Positions 31,925-44,491 of a stretch of DNA of 44,775 bases are shown piece by piece (position 1 is the stretch's first letter; each line of letters opens with the position of its first letter). A model generated the notes under the pieces. That model was not told the origin of the DNA and ran no database searches. It was given only the letters and a program-made list of their open reading frames with translations. Source of the DNA: Dimorphilus gyrociliatus (taxonomy: Eukaryota; Animalia; Annelida); contig CAJFCJ010000091.1 of assembly GCA_904063045.1 (NCBI GenBank), positions 96,883 to 141,657 of the forward strand, written 5' to 3'. A program made the position numbers and the translations under genes.

Positions 31925-32877
31925 TGTACACATTTAGGCAGTTTGTAGGTACTAAACACATAAGCTCGTAACCAGGCTCACAAACTCACACAATACACCC
32001 AAATTGTTACATTTCATTCATCAATGGAAAGCAATATTGAAAGAGTATTATAGAGTACTTTACACACCTAAAACTACAACATACACTATTTAAACTAAGT
32101 TGTAAAAGTATTTTACAACTTAGATGTTAACCCTAATTATTATACACATCATATTTAATGAATATTAATTATATCTTCCACTATTCTATTTATATTTGGA
32201 GCTTTTAGATTATTGTCACTTTTCAACAGTATTGTATGCACAATACTATATTGAATGATTAAGTTTAATACTTTTATCCTACCAGTCCTTTACACAGAAA
32301 CATATTATCTTACACAAACAATTATTATTAATAATTTGTTGTATATTAAAACGGCATCAAGTTGACCTTTTCCTATTTTTGTGTTTTGGAATCAATCCAA
32401 CTTCTATTAATAATTGTTACATCTTAGGCAACTTTCTGACCTACTAAAATAGGGAGCAAAAGTTCTCCAAGATAAAGAAAAAGTAACAAACATGGAAGTA
32501 TATTTGAACTTTCCCTTTATCCAAATTGTTACATTTGTTTGTGTGAATATTTTTATCCGTGAACTGTGAACTATTGGAAAAGTATATAAACCCTACGAAT
32601 TTAACAGTAGTCAGTTCAGTTTTCTAACCATCAGCTGGTTCTTCAAACTTGCTTGTTTAGAACTAGAAACTCATTTACTCAAATACATATTCTTTGAATG
32701 AAATACTGGTGTTTGTTGGTTAATTTTTACTGGAATTACATTTATTAAGACTACTTGTGGACGAACTTGAAAGGTTCTATTTGGACCAGTACTTTGGCAA
32801 ATTGGTAAATGATTGGAGAGGACGAATTTGATAGTGACAAGCTAGGACTTCCTACAATTACAATACAACAAAGTACA
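31925..32877 (+). repeat. 3' LTR of element 3
   Basis: 953-bp direct repeat of 25902-26854. Confidence 0.97.
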
Positions 32878-33070
32878 GTGGGAGTTGTGGTAATGATAAA
32901 AATTATCTGAAAAAACACTTGCAGAGAATATTCTTTTAAAATATAGAAAATCTAGTTTACATTACTGCAAAGAAGTAGCCAACAGGTGAAAAGAACAGAC
33001 CAGCTGAACCTAATATTATAGTCTTTCAACTAGATTTAACTTTCATTCCATTGGACTTTTGAAAAGAGAG
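32878..33070 (+). mobile_element. Degenerate MULE transposase fragment (insertion target of element 3)
   Basis: KTLAENILLKY, YCKEVANR and QLDLTFIPLDFLKRE match RIAENVLVKY, NCKEVANW and ELNMTFIPPEFLKKD of the 21012 transposase. Confidence 0.7.
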
Positions 33071-35823
33071 AATAGGGGTGAAACCGTACCTGGTTTAAAC
33101 CGTACCCATAAAGGGGTTAAACCGTACCCATAAAGGGGTTAACCTGTACCCATTAAGAAGTTAAACCATACCAACTTTAAAATAATTAACATGCATTAAC
33201 AAATGTATTATTTTGAATAATATTATATATACTGTATATATATATATTTGTAAATTATTGAATTAATTCCATAATATTCCGTTACTTAGAATATTCCAGT
33301 TTTTAATATTTGTACTCATTTCAAGTCAGCCATTTTGATTTATTTCTGATATTGATTTTACAGAATTCTTAGTGAAATATTATTTTGGGAATCTATCCAA
33401 AATAAAACAAAGGTAACTGAATTATTATTGATGATAATAGCACTTTTTCATAACTTTGGAAATAAGTTTATTAGAGTAAATCATGAAATAATAATTGTCT
33501 ATAATTTTGTCTTTTGCTATATGGCTTTAGGTAAAGGGTTTAAATATTTTTAAATATTGATTCCCTTTAACTGCTTTATGAAATTTTTATTACAGAAAAC
33601 TAATGTTTTATGTGTAATAGATCCAGATTATAAATGAAATGTAAAAATTGCAAACTTATTCTATATGGGAGACATAAATGGAAACTTTGTGTGCTATGCA
33701 ATGAAAAGATACATGAAAAATGTTTACTGAGTATGATATTTAAATGCACATCTTAATTTGTAACTACTTAACTCTTGTCTTCTAGATTCAAAGGTATCAG
33801 TTTGTCTGGACTGTGTAAAGAAGCAGTTTCTTCTGCAGGTTAAAAGATTGAAAGATGATGATAACCATATCATTGACAGGGAAATTATGCAGATTGATCA
33901 ACACAGGGAAATGGACGAGAGTGACATTAATGGTGCAAATGAACATCAAGATATAGAAGCAAGTCACATTAATGAAAGAAGTCAAAATCAAGATACTGAA
34001 CAGCCTGCTCTTATTTGTAGAAATGAAGATCAAGATCTAGAAGAGAGTAATGTGACTGGAAGGATGGATGAATTTTATGTAGTAAAAGGTGGAAGTCAGC
34101 TTGGCAAAGATTTACTAATTAATAATGAGTTTTCCTTCACTCTGAAAACAAAAAATTCAAAAAGTAGCATATGGGTATGCAGTGTCAGAACTAATAAAAA
34201 AAGATGTCCAGCAAGAATTTGTCAACAAGGCAGTATCTTTGTTAAAGGAAGTCAATAGCATAATCATGAAGGAAATAAATATCTAAAAGTTGGTGTTGAA
34301 ATAAAAAGGGAACTGAAAAACTTATGTCAAAAAGATTTTGCTACAAGTGGAAGAAAGCTGGCTGAAACAGTTCTTCTTAATAACCAGGAAAATACTGATT
34401 TCTACCAAACCTGCAATATTTAAAAAGGATGGCCAATTCAACCAGGCAAAAGAACAGGCCAATAGAACCAAAAGATTATGACTTTGAATTAAATATGGAT
34501 TTCATACCAGATAACTTTCTGAAGAAAGACATCTGTGAAAACAATGAAAGGATTCTTATATTTGGAACAGACTATCAGTTTGAATTGTTGAGTAAATCAG
34601 GGCATTGGTTTGTTGATGGAACATTTAAAATTGTAAAAGAACCATTTTACCAATTATTGACAATCCAATCTTATGTGAAAAAAATGGGAACATGAAACAT
34701 GTGCCCCTGGTCTTCATTTTCATGACATCAAAACACAAGAGAGCTTATAAATTGGCATTTATTAATAATATGTAATAACTAATTATATTTTCAGTTTGTT
34801 AACTTTTAAATAATTTTCTGCAGACTATTAAGAAAATGATTAACATGTCAGAGCCTGAAAAAGTCACTTTCGACTTTCAGATGGCACTATGGAAGACAAT
34901 AACAAAAGTTTTTCCAAATACAACAATACATGGATGTGTTTTTCATTTCACTCAAGCAATTTACAGGAAAATTCAGGTAGATCTAATATTTAAATCAATA
35001 TCTTATTTTGTAATTAATTTGTTATTATCAGTCTCTTGGATATTCCAAACAATACATGGAGAAAGGAGAAGAATGGAGAAATCTAAGGAAAATCATGACA
35101 TTACCATTTCTGCCATCTGATATCATCATTTCAACATTTGGTAGACTCAAGTCTGAACTTTTGGAACAACAGAAATTTTCTGACCTACTGTTGTATTTTG
35201 AAAATACATGGATATGTAATTCTTTGTGGAAACCTGAAAATTGGTCAGTGTTTAGTCTATCAATTAGAACAAATAATAGTCTTGAGGGTTTGCACAATAG
35301 GATGAATAGTCAAGTGAATTCAAAAGGCTCATTCTACATATTAGTGGATGAACTGAAAAAAGAGGGAGATTTGATCATTATCTATGAAAACGTGATGTCT
35401 GATAAACAAATATATAGATATCAGAGAAAAAGGTAGGTGGAGAGAGAAAAAAAAATATTTGACATTTGGGATGAATACAAATTAGGAAAAATATTAGCAG
35501 ATGAATTATTGCTACAAACATCTCATATATATGCTCCATAGATTTTACCTACATTTCATATTCTCTTTTTCTTTTCATTTTTAATTCTTTTCATTTTTTA
35601 GATAAATGTATCTTTATATATCTGCCTATATACATTGTATCAGTATAACATAGATTTCATTATCACAAGTTTAATAAACATATACAGTATAATAAATAAA
35701 AAATGGGTACAGTTTAACCCCTTTATGGGTATGGTTTAATCCAGGTATGGTTTAACCTGGGTACGGTTTAACCTGGGTACAGTTTAACCCTCTAGTGGGT
35801 ATGGTTTCACCTGCTCCCCTATT
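33071..35823 (+). mobile_element. Mutator-like element 2 with both modular TIRs; no TSD recognisable
   Basis: AATAGGGG...GTGAAACCGTACC versus GGTATGGTTTCACC...CCCCTATT; 16- and 22-nt GTACCC-containing subrepeats. Confidence 0.85.
33634..35541 (+). pseudogene. MULE 2 transposase pseudogene (C4HC3 finger, FLYWCH, DDE)
   Basis: ATG at 33634, phase-1 intron 33731-33785. WVCSVR, FVDGTF, CVFH, TNNSLEGLH. Stops near 34256 and 35434; frameshifts near 34400 and 34680. Confidence 0.88.
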
Positions 35824-36369
35824 TTTTATATGTAAAAATTTAATTCTCATCCTACATGAGTTTATCCAAATGAATGTTGACACTTTATTAAATGTAGAGC
35901 AAAACATTACAGATGATTAAATACTTTGGCTCAATTGTCTTAACACATCTGTTTTATTCTTTCTAAAATGATAAATACTCAAATATTTGTATATTCTTAC
36001 TTAGATTTTACTCTTTTATATAAACCATTGGATTTTTTGGTAATTCTATCTGAAAAATCAAACAAACATTTATGTAAAACTGGATTCTAAAAGAATAGTT
36101 TGTTCAAATTGCTTAAAATATGACACACTAATATTCCAAAATTAAAATGGTGGTATATTGATATAGAATATAAATGAATTAGAAATATATATCACTGCAT
36201 GTTCTATTCTTCTTTTAGTAGTTTTAGTTTTCATATTGTCCAACAGGCGGACTTTTAGATATTTGTATAAAAAATTATATTTAGAGTAAAAATTTAGGTA
36301 CAACTGAAAAAGATAAAGCATGAGTTTGTCATTCTTAACAAATGACTTTTAAATAATATATAAGCAATT

Positions 36370-36780
36370 TGAAGAAATGCTAAATTCAGATAAACTATTC
36401 GACGAGTTTTTTAGACCATCACAAATGCATTCTAATCCATTATGAATATTTTTATTATCTCTCACATTCAATGTTTCAATTCTAAAAATTTTTACCCAAA
36501 ATTTTATCTACATCACAATTTTCTAATTATATTACTTTTAACTTGTCTGATGATTATTTTAATCCATTCAAAATAGTTGAAAATCCATTTTTCATTTTGA
36601 TAATTTCCATAAAGGTCTATTTCTTCAATGTTGTGATAATTCATAAATAATTGTCCAAGTGCTTTACACATTTCTACATTCAAATCATAAAACTCAAAAC
36701 TCAAAATGTAAATACTCTGATTTTCATCCAAATATGTGATGAATTTCAATGTTTTTATGATTTTTCAAGAGCTTTACATA
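36370..36780 (-). pseudogene. Diverged RI-type LRR pseudogene
   Basis: DLNVEMCKALGQLF..NIEEIDLYGN, NGFSTILNGLK and IETLNVRDNKNIHNGLECICDGLKNSSNSL, with stops and frameshifts. Confidence 0.72.
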
Positions 36781-36796
36781 TTTTTAATAATGACTG

Positions 36797-38466
36797 AACA
36801 GAACGTTACATGTTATGTGTCAGTATGAGTCAGTGAGTGTACGTTAGTAGGTTAATGTCACTTAATAAGGGAGTTTGACTTAGCTAGAGGGTGGGACAGT
36901 GGGTGAGCCAATGTCACATCACCGGGAAAATAGCGATGTGATATGAACATTGCACCACGAATGAGCATAGTCAAACACCCAGTTACATGACACTAGCGAG
37001 GTATAAAAGAGAGTGAGTGTAACAGAACAGTGTGAGAGAAACAAAGAGTAACCAAAATTAAAATTTAAATGGAATTGCCTACAATTCCATGATACAAGCA
37101 AAACAGAATCTGGTACAGAATCTTTTCTTCAAAATAATTAGATGAGTTTAAATTGGATTCTTTGAAGAAAGATTCAGGGATAAGGCTACTATCCACACAA
37201 ATATTCTGAAAACATCAAAAAAAAATACAACAGAATTGAGTATTCAATTTTCTTGAATATTTTATGCAAATTTAATTTATATAAAAAAACTACTTGAATT
37301 TGTGGAAATATTTTCAAAATTCTTTGATAATTACCAATTTGTTGATTATAGATATAAAATTTAACCATATTTTTCCTTTCCTTATTAATTATTAAATATT
37401 CAGATCATGAACATTCCATAGGAATTTGTTAATCTTTTGAAAAGAATTCTTAACTTTGCAAACTAGAGAAATATTTTCAACACTGGAAGAAAGAAATGGA
37501 ATTTGAAGTTTACATTTCATTTTGAATCTCTTTCCTCCCAGTTTGAAAACTATAGATTTAAAAAATAATTGCTTATGATTATCAAAAATTTCTTCCTCTA
37601 TGAAATTTCCAGATAAAACTTCATCTTCTTTGTAAAATTTCTCTTGTATTGAAATCATTGGGGAATAGTCTAATGCACTTTCAGGAATGATTAATTCACA
37701 AATTGGACAATATAATACAGTTGATTTTCTATCATACCAACAATAAAATATAGGATTTTTAATAAGATCTTTCTGTAAATTGAAAGATCTATCGAAATTA
37801 ATGAAATATTCAATTGAGTTCTATCAATTTCAATATAGCATTACAAAAGTTGAACAGACAATCATTATTGAGAGTAGACTAATTGAGAAGACATATTCAC
37901 ATTTGCTGAAAGAAGGATTTAATACAATAATGCATCAAATAGAAAATAGATAATTATATATCTTTATGTTCACCTGGCAAATTTTCATCCATTTTTAGAC
38001 ATATCTCTTCAGTTGTATTATAGTGATAATTACAAATAGTATTAGTTTTAAAATTTCCTTCTCTATAAATCATTTCATACTTTCCTAAACATTGCCACCT
38101 GCTTATTTAAAAATAGCATATATTGCTTCAATTATTTGAATCATCTTTCAAATACTTATTGTATTATAGTTATTAATATTTTGTAAACAGAACGTTATAT
38201 GCTAACATTCTGTTCACATTACATGTTATGAGTGAATGTGAGTCAGTATGTGAACATCAATATGTAAGTGTCAGTATGTGAGCCTCACTTAAGAAGGGAG
38301 TTTGACTTAGCCCAGAGCTGGGACAGTCCAACTTGATGTTATATCACAAGGTAAATAATGACATGGCATGAACGTGGCAATGCAGATGAGCACAGTCAAA
38401 CACCCAGTTAAGTGACACTAGCAAGGTATAAAATGGAGTGAATGTAATAGAACAGTGTGAGAGACA
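36797..38466 (+). repeat. Two diverged copies of a 240-285-bp LTR-like repeat (36797-37040 and 38182-38466)
   Basis: Shared ACAGAACGTTA, AAGGGAGTTTGACTTAGC, AGTCAAACACCCAGTTA, GACACTAGC.AGGTATAAAA and GAACAGTGTGAGAGA. Confidence 0.8.
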
Positions 38467-38489
38467 CTAATTTTTTTCTAAACCATACC

Positions 38490-39175
38490 TTTTTACCTGA
38501 CAGATTTCTAATGAAAGATATCAATGAAAATGGCTTTCAAATTATAATATTTGCAACAAATAAGCAAATTTAACTTCTTTCCTCAACTGAAACATGGTTT
38601 CTTGATGGTACTTTTAAACATGCTCATAATCCTTTTATACAAATTTTCTCTATCCATGGATATATATATAATATGATAATATCATTCAGCATCAATTTAA
38701 AAAGATTAAAAGAAATTTAACTGAGATTGACAAATTACTTGATCTTGTTAAATACATGGAGGACACATGGATATACAATAGTCTCTGGTTACCAAATAAT
38801 TGGTCAGTGTTTAAGAGAGCTATTCCAACAAATAATGACTTGGAAGGTTTCCACAACAAATTTAATAGAAATTTACAAGAAAATTCTTCATTTTATTGCA
38901 CTGTAGATGAATTAAAGAGAGAAAGTGATCTAATTGATGTTTATCAAAAGCTACTATCAGAAAAGAAGATTTGTAGGATACAAAAAAAAATCTATACCAA
39001 CATACAGTAGAATATTTATGAAATTTGGGATGAATTTCAAAATAGTGATATTTGTGCTGGTGAGCTTTTGGAAAAATGTTCAGCAATTTATCAGGTAGAA
39101 ATGTGTCTGCTGTCAATGTTTCTACTCTAAATAATTCTATTACAATTTAATACACATGTAAAAAATAATTTTTTC
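38490..39175 (+). mobile_element. MULE transposase fragments with internal deletion
   Basis: WFLDGTFK..FIQIFSIHG at about 38590-38660, then a jump to the TNNDLEGFH 3' part that matches 15525-15990. Confidence 0.82.
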
Positions 39176-39342
39176 ACTGTCCAAACCCACTTTTGCTATT
39201 TTAATATTTGAAATTTTTAGTACAGCTCTACTTTTACTTTCTATTTTAGGAAGAATATGTTATCTTTAATCAATTTCTTTTTAGAATATTATTATCATAA
39301 GAGTTATGCTTTAACCATTGTAATAATCATATATGTACACAC

Positions 39343-39415
39343 ACATTCGTCAGCTATACTCTACAATAGATAAGTAGTATTGAACCAGTATTGTGCTAGG
39401 CAGATAGCACTGATA
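39343..39415 (-). repeat. 73-bp dispersed repeat, inverted copy of 18541-18613
   Basis: ACATTCGTCAGCTATAC.CTACAATAGATAAGTAGTATTGAACCAGTATTG is the reverse complement of 18541-18613. Confidence 0.85.
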
Positions 39416-39441
39416 GAGATAAGCAGTATTGACCTAGTTTC

Positions 39442-40873
39442 AAAACCCAATTAACACCATTAGTAAAAACACTTATTTTGGAAGACATTATTTCACCTAA
39501 TATTTGGGATATAGATAACAATTACATTCTGACAATGCTGGAAAATTCCAAATTGAAACCCACTCCAAGAATCAGACTACAAGATTTCAGATTGAAACAC
39601 AAAGAAATCACTTTCAACCCATTACAAAAATTAAATATTTGGTATGAAAGTCCAACAGGGAACCAATTTCAAACAATGAAAGCAAATGGAAAATTTACAC
39701 TATTACAACAAAGCCCAAACATTGCTAATTGGAGAATGGAGGAAAGCATGATGAAAAACAAACCAGAATTTCACACATTGGACATTGAAAATGCAGTTAG
39801 AACATCTGCCTTACTCAGTAATATTGATAAGAACTCCCAAAATTTACAAACTGTATTTAAACAAGTTTCTCAACTTTTATGCAAAGAGTTTATTATGAGA
39901 AATAAGATGGTGGCATTGCTTACACCTTTGGCACCTCAACTTCCAACAATATTGGATCCAACACAAGGAACTCACAGCACCTGGCTGGGCAATCTAACAA
40001 CACTTCAACACATACACAGAACTCAAATCAGTTCAAGTAATTTGTGATGTTGGAATCATAACAAAAAATGGATTATGTTCAAAACAGTTCCTCATCAAGT
40101 ATAAAGATCTTCTATTTTCAATTGATCCAATACTACACCATGCCTACCACATAACAAAAGAAGATATTTGATATGGGGAATGTGACCAAACACAATATCT
40201 TTTTAAAATAAAAAAGAACCCTTTGGATGCTGAAAGAAATCAGAAAGGAGCATCTTCTGGAAGGAAAACTTTTATCTATTATACAAAGAATGGTTGTAAA
40301 TTCCAAACAGCTGCTGCAAGGTCAATAAGAATGAAAATCAGCAATGAAATTGAAGAACCAAAACTGGAAGTTGCAAGGCTCACTCAGCTACTACAATTGG
40401 GTATAAAAGATGATGTTGGCAAAAAACACCAAGAGTTCCAACAAGTTCTTGACTATATACAAGATACTTTAACAAGGCATAACAAGCATATCAACTTTGC
40501 TAACGAATTAGGAATTGACTCAAGTATGTCAACACATCAACATTTATTTTCATTATGGCTAAAAACTACAACTAAAATGTTGATTAACATTGCATTTCCA
40601 ACAATAATTATTATTGGAACCTCATTTATATTATGGCTAGCATATAAAAGAAGATGTAACAAACTTACTAGGAAAACACTTTGGAAATACTTAGAAAGAA
40701 GGAAAGCTCAACCCACAGCTCCAGATACACAAGAGGAACTACAGATCCCAACATACTCAACTATGGAAATCGATCAAGAAGCAATACCTCTTCAAAACTA
40801 TCCAACATTTTCAAAGGAAGGTAATAGAGTCATTGTAACAAGTCCCAGACCTTTCATGGAAGCAAGGTCTTAA
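39442..40873 (+). pseudogene. env: Duplicated 3' part of element 2 env
   Basis: Same frameshift and TGA (40169) as copy 1, but CAA where copy 1 has TAA. Confidence 0.9.
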
Positions 40874-40887
40874 AAGGGTGGGATATC

Positions 40888-41314
40888 TGTGCACTTAGAT
40901 TATATTTTATATTTGTGATATAACAGTCTTTCATATTTTTGTTACATGAGAATTATGAGACTGTCAGATTTCAACTTTGTAATCCTTTGACCACTTGAAC
41001 CCAAGCTTTGGAAAATGTATAAAAGGAAATAGCATTTTCCCAGCTTGTCAGTTCAGTTCTTTAACTGTTAACTGGTTGTTTAAACTTACTTGTTAAGAAC
41101 TAGAAACTCATTTACTCAATACATATTCTTTGGATGAAATACTGATATTTTGTTGAATTATTTCTACTGAAATTACATTTGTTAAGACTATTTGTGGATG
41201 AACTTGAAAGGTTCTAATTGGACCAGTACTTTGGTTAATTGATAAATGATTGGAAAGGATGAATACTGTTCTGAAGAAGCAGAAATTCCTACAAGTACAA
41301 TACAACAAAGTACA
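40888..41314 (+). repeat. Element 2-type LTR with about 300-bp U3 deletion and intact right end
   Basis: TGTGCAC...AAAGTACA; junction CTTAGAT|TATATTTT skips the equivalent of 8580-8880. Confidence 0.88.
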
Positions 41315-42146
41315 ATTTTGAAATAGGACTATGGAAAGCATTATCAAAAGTATATCCCCTCACTGAATTTCAAGGTTGTGTATTTCATTTCATACAAGCA
41401 GTGTATAGGAAAATACAAGTCAGTTACATTCAAATATATATAACATTATCTATTGAATAACTTATATTATTGAATAGGCTCTTGGCTATGTAAAGAAATA
41501 CAAAGAAAAAGCAAATGATTGGAAAGATTTCAGAAAATTGATGGCTCTGTCATTCTTGCCAGCACATATTATTCAACTAACATTTGACAGTATAAATGCA
41601 GAACTTTGTGAAAAAAATAAATTTTTGGACCTGTTGCAATACTTCCAAACAAACTGGATCAAAAATAAATTATGGAAACCAAATAACTGGTCAGTTTTTG
41701 GTTTGTCTATTAGGATTAATAATAATTGTGAAGGATAGCATCAAAAAATGAACATTAAGCTACTTGCTAAAGGGTCTTTTTACATGCTGGTTGATGAGCT
41801 AAAAAAAGAGTCTGAGTTGATTGCAGTTTATGAGAAATTACTGTCAGAAAAAAGGATTTACAAACATCAAAAGAAAAAGTATATTGACATCCAAAAGAAA
41901 ATTTCTGATTTATGGGATGATTTCAAGTTGAACAAATTGACATCAACTGATCTATTAATGCAGACATCCCATATCTACTCTCCAGCATAAATATCATTTG
42001 TCAAGCTTTATTCTTTTTTAATATAATATTTAGTCTTTTAAATACATACTTTTAGATTTATAGCTAAATCTTTTATTCAAAAATTCAAAAAAAACACGTA
42101 TAAAAATAGGGTGTGAATGTACCCTGGTGCGAATGTACCCCAACTC
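41315..42146 (+). mobile_element. MULE 3' half (second catalytic Asp to right TIR), the insertion target of element 2
   Basis: (D)FEIGLWKAL..GCVFHF, WSVFGLSIRINNNCEG; TIR at 42109-42146. Confidence 0.85.
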
Positions 42147-42697
42147 TATTATAACATTTATATCTGATACAAAGTCTGAGATTTTTGTGAAAACTTTCCA
42201 TGAAGCTTTTTCAATGTATTTGATGATTTTTGAACTGCAAAATTTGGAAAAAGAGCAAAAACTTTTCCAACAATCATTATAGGGAGATATTGATGTAAAA
42301 ATATTGCTGTTTTATTATACCTCAAAACACAAAAAGCTACACAATAATGAATACCAAAATTTTCCTCACATTAATTTAATCTTTAGGATGTTATTAGCAA
42401 TAATTTTTTCATTTCTTAATGGTTGATATAAAAGACAAACAGACATGAAAAATTACCCTTTAAAAGTTGAAAACAATATCATCTAATGTGAAAAAAAGAC
42501 AAACTAAAATTTTACACCTTTTAAAAATTAATCTTTATCAGTGATAAAAAATTTCTAAAAAGCTATCTGATCTTGTTTTCTTCATCTACATTTAAATTAC
42601 AAGACACCAAAAGAAGATATTTCATTATCTTTGAAGATTTTTGAAGATCTTCAATAATAGTAAATAATACATTTCTCATTTTAATATTATTACTCAA

Positions 42698-44491
42698 TTA
42701 TAATTTCTCAATATTTGAACAATTTCTTAACAAATTTCCCAAATTTATTCTTTGTTCTTCATTCAAATTACATGAATCCAAGTAAAGCTGTCTCAAAGTA
42801 TTAGAAGATTTTTGAAGTGCATCACAAAAGTTGAAGTTTCCATTACCAATTGCAATATTGCAATTCACATTTAAAATTTCTATATTAGAACAGTTTCTTA
42901 AGAAATTTCCCAAATTTTTACTTTGTTCTTCATTCAAATTACCTGAAGCCAAGTGAAGCTGTCTCAAAGTATTAGAAGATTTTTGAAGTGCATCACAAAA
43001 GTTGAAGCTTCCATTACCAATTGCAATATTGCAATTCACATTTAAAATTTCTATATTAGAACAGTTTCTTAAGAAATTTCCCAAATATTTACTTTGTTCT
43101 TCATTCAAATTACCTGAAGCCAAGTGAAGCTGTCTCAAAGTATTAGAAGATTTTTGAAGTGCATCACAAAAGTTGAAGCTTCCATTACCAATTGCAATAT
43201 TGCAATTCACATTTAAAATTTCTATATTAGAACAGTTTCTTAAGAAATTTCCCAAATTTTTACTTTGTTCTTCATTCAAATTACATGAAGCCAAGTGAAG
43301 CTCTCTCAAAGTATTAGAAGATTTTTGAAGTGCATCACAAAAGTTAAATGTTCCATTACAAATTGCAATATTGTGATTCACATTTAAAATTTCTATATTA
43401 GAACAGTTTCTTAAGCAATTTCCCAAATTTATACTTTGTTCTTCATTCAAATTACATGAAGCCAAGTGAAGCTCTCTCAAAGTATTAGAAGATTTTTGAA
43501 GTGATTGACAAACATTAAATATCCCATTTCCCACATTTATATTTCCTTGAAGATTTAATGTTTTAATTGATGAAGAATCCTTTATGAGATGTCCAATTTC
43601 CCAACAGTGTTGTTCATTTAAGTTAGAGTTAGGGAAACTTACTAGTGTTATGTCTTGTCCTAATTCTATTGATTCAGCTAAGTCATTTATTTTCTTGTCA
43701 GTATTATTCTGTGTAGAGAGTTCTACAATTTCATTGCTTTCATTTTCAAAATACTTTTTTAGTTTTAAAAATTTTGTCATTTGAAGCTCATCAAAATATT
43801 CTATATCATTTTCTTTTATTTTATCCAAACTGTGATGAAAAATGTAGTTTGTGTGTATATTATTAAAGATTTCTAAGGTTGTTTTTAAGGAAGTTTCGAA
43901 AAGACTTTCCAATTTGTCACTTTGATTTGTAAATGTTTTAAAAAAGCTATCTCTCAAATCATTTAATTGAATATATTTGTGTCTTATATATTCAAATTCC
44001 AATTTCAAGTTAATCATTGCTTTCCTTTCATAGTCATCAATTTTTGCTAGAATATTTTTTGTACTTTCTTGGACTTTTAAGAAGACTGTATTCAGTTTTT
44101 CTTTGAATTTTGCCAATTTGATCATTGAAATTGTAGAGCATTTTTCATGATTTTCATCCAAACAGAAAATACATAAATTTTCAATATTATGTGTTTTACA
44201 ATACATTAATCCCTCCTTACCATGATTGTTGCAAAGGTTTTTTTCTTGACATTCTATTGATTGTTCCATTCGATTTTTTTGTATTTGATCAAATTGGCCA
44301 AAAGGTATTTTGACTTGGTTTCTGCAAGTTGGACAGGTTATTTCATGATTGTGAACTGGTAATTGTTGTACACATTTGAAGCAAAAGGTATGTTGACAAG
44401 GAAATATCCTAGGGTCATTCCCTATCCAGGATTCTAAACAAATTGCACATTCTAAAGTTTGCTGATTTATAACATATTGTAAGGTAGCCAT
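42698..44491 (-). CDS. TRIM-like RING-B-box-coiled-coil-LRR protein, copy 2, intact ORF with 5 LRR-pair units
   Basis: ATG at 44491; N-terminal region differs from copy 1 at five residues; QKSS-coding motif at 43491, 43320, 43149, 42978, 42807. Confidence 0.9.
   Translation of the reverse strand: MATLQYVINQQTLECAICLESWIGNDPRIFPCQHTFCFKCVQQLPVHNHEITCPTCRNQVKIPFGQFDQIQKNRMEQSIECQEKNLCNNHGKEGLMYCKTHNIENLCIFCLDENHEKCSTISMIKLAKFKEKLNTVFLKVQESTKNILAKIDDYERKAMINLKLEFEYIRHKYIQLNDLRDSFFKTFTNQSDKLESLFETSLKTTLEIFNNIHTNYIFHHSLDKIKENDIEYFDELQMTKFLKLKKYFENESNEIVELSTQNNTDKKINDLAESIELGQDITLVSFPNSNLNEQHCWEIGHLIKDSSSIKTLNLQGNINVGNGIFNVCQSLQKSSNTLRELHLASCNLNEEQSINLGNCLRNCSNIEILNVNHNIAICNGTFNFCDALQKSSNTLRELHLASCNLNEEQSKNLGNFLRNCSNIEILNVNCNIAIGNGSFNFCDALQKSSNTLRQLHLASGNLNEEQSKYLGNFLRNCSNIEILNVNCNIAIGNGSFNFCDALQKSSNTLRQLHLASGNLNEEQSKNLGNFLRNCSNIEILNVNCNIAIGNGNFNFCDALQKSSNTLRQLYLDSCNLNEEQRINLGNLLRNCSNIEKL

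Larger units (their letters stand above)
25902..32877 (+). mobile_element. Full-length Ty3/gypsy element 3 with internal env deletion; 5-bp TSD GTGGG
   Basis: TSD at 25897-25901 and 32878-32882. Two 953-bp LTRs with only two mismatches seen by eye; PBS, PPT and gag-pol present. Confidence 0.97.

Noticed and set aside
33061-35832. TSD for MULE 2
   Set aside because: Flanks (GAAAAGAGAG and TTTTATATG) do not match; an adjacent deletion is likely.
37392-37760. Minus-strand ORF with CPIC as the N-terminal domain of the LRR pseudogene
   Set aside because: Too degenerate; no complete RING, B-box or NACHT motif could be recovered by eye.
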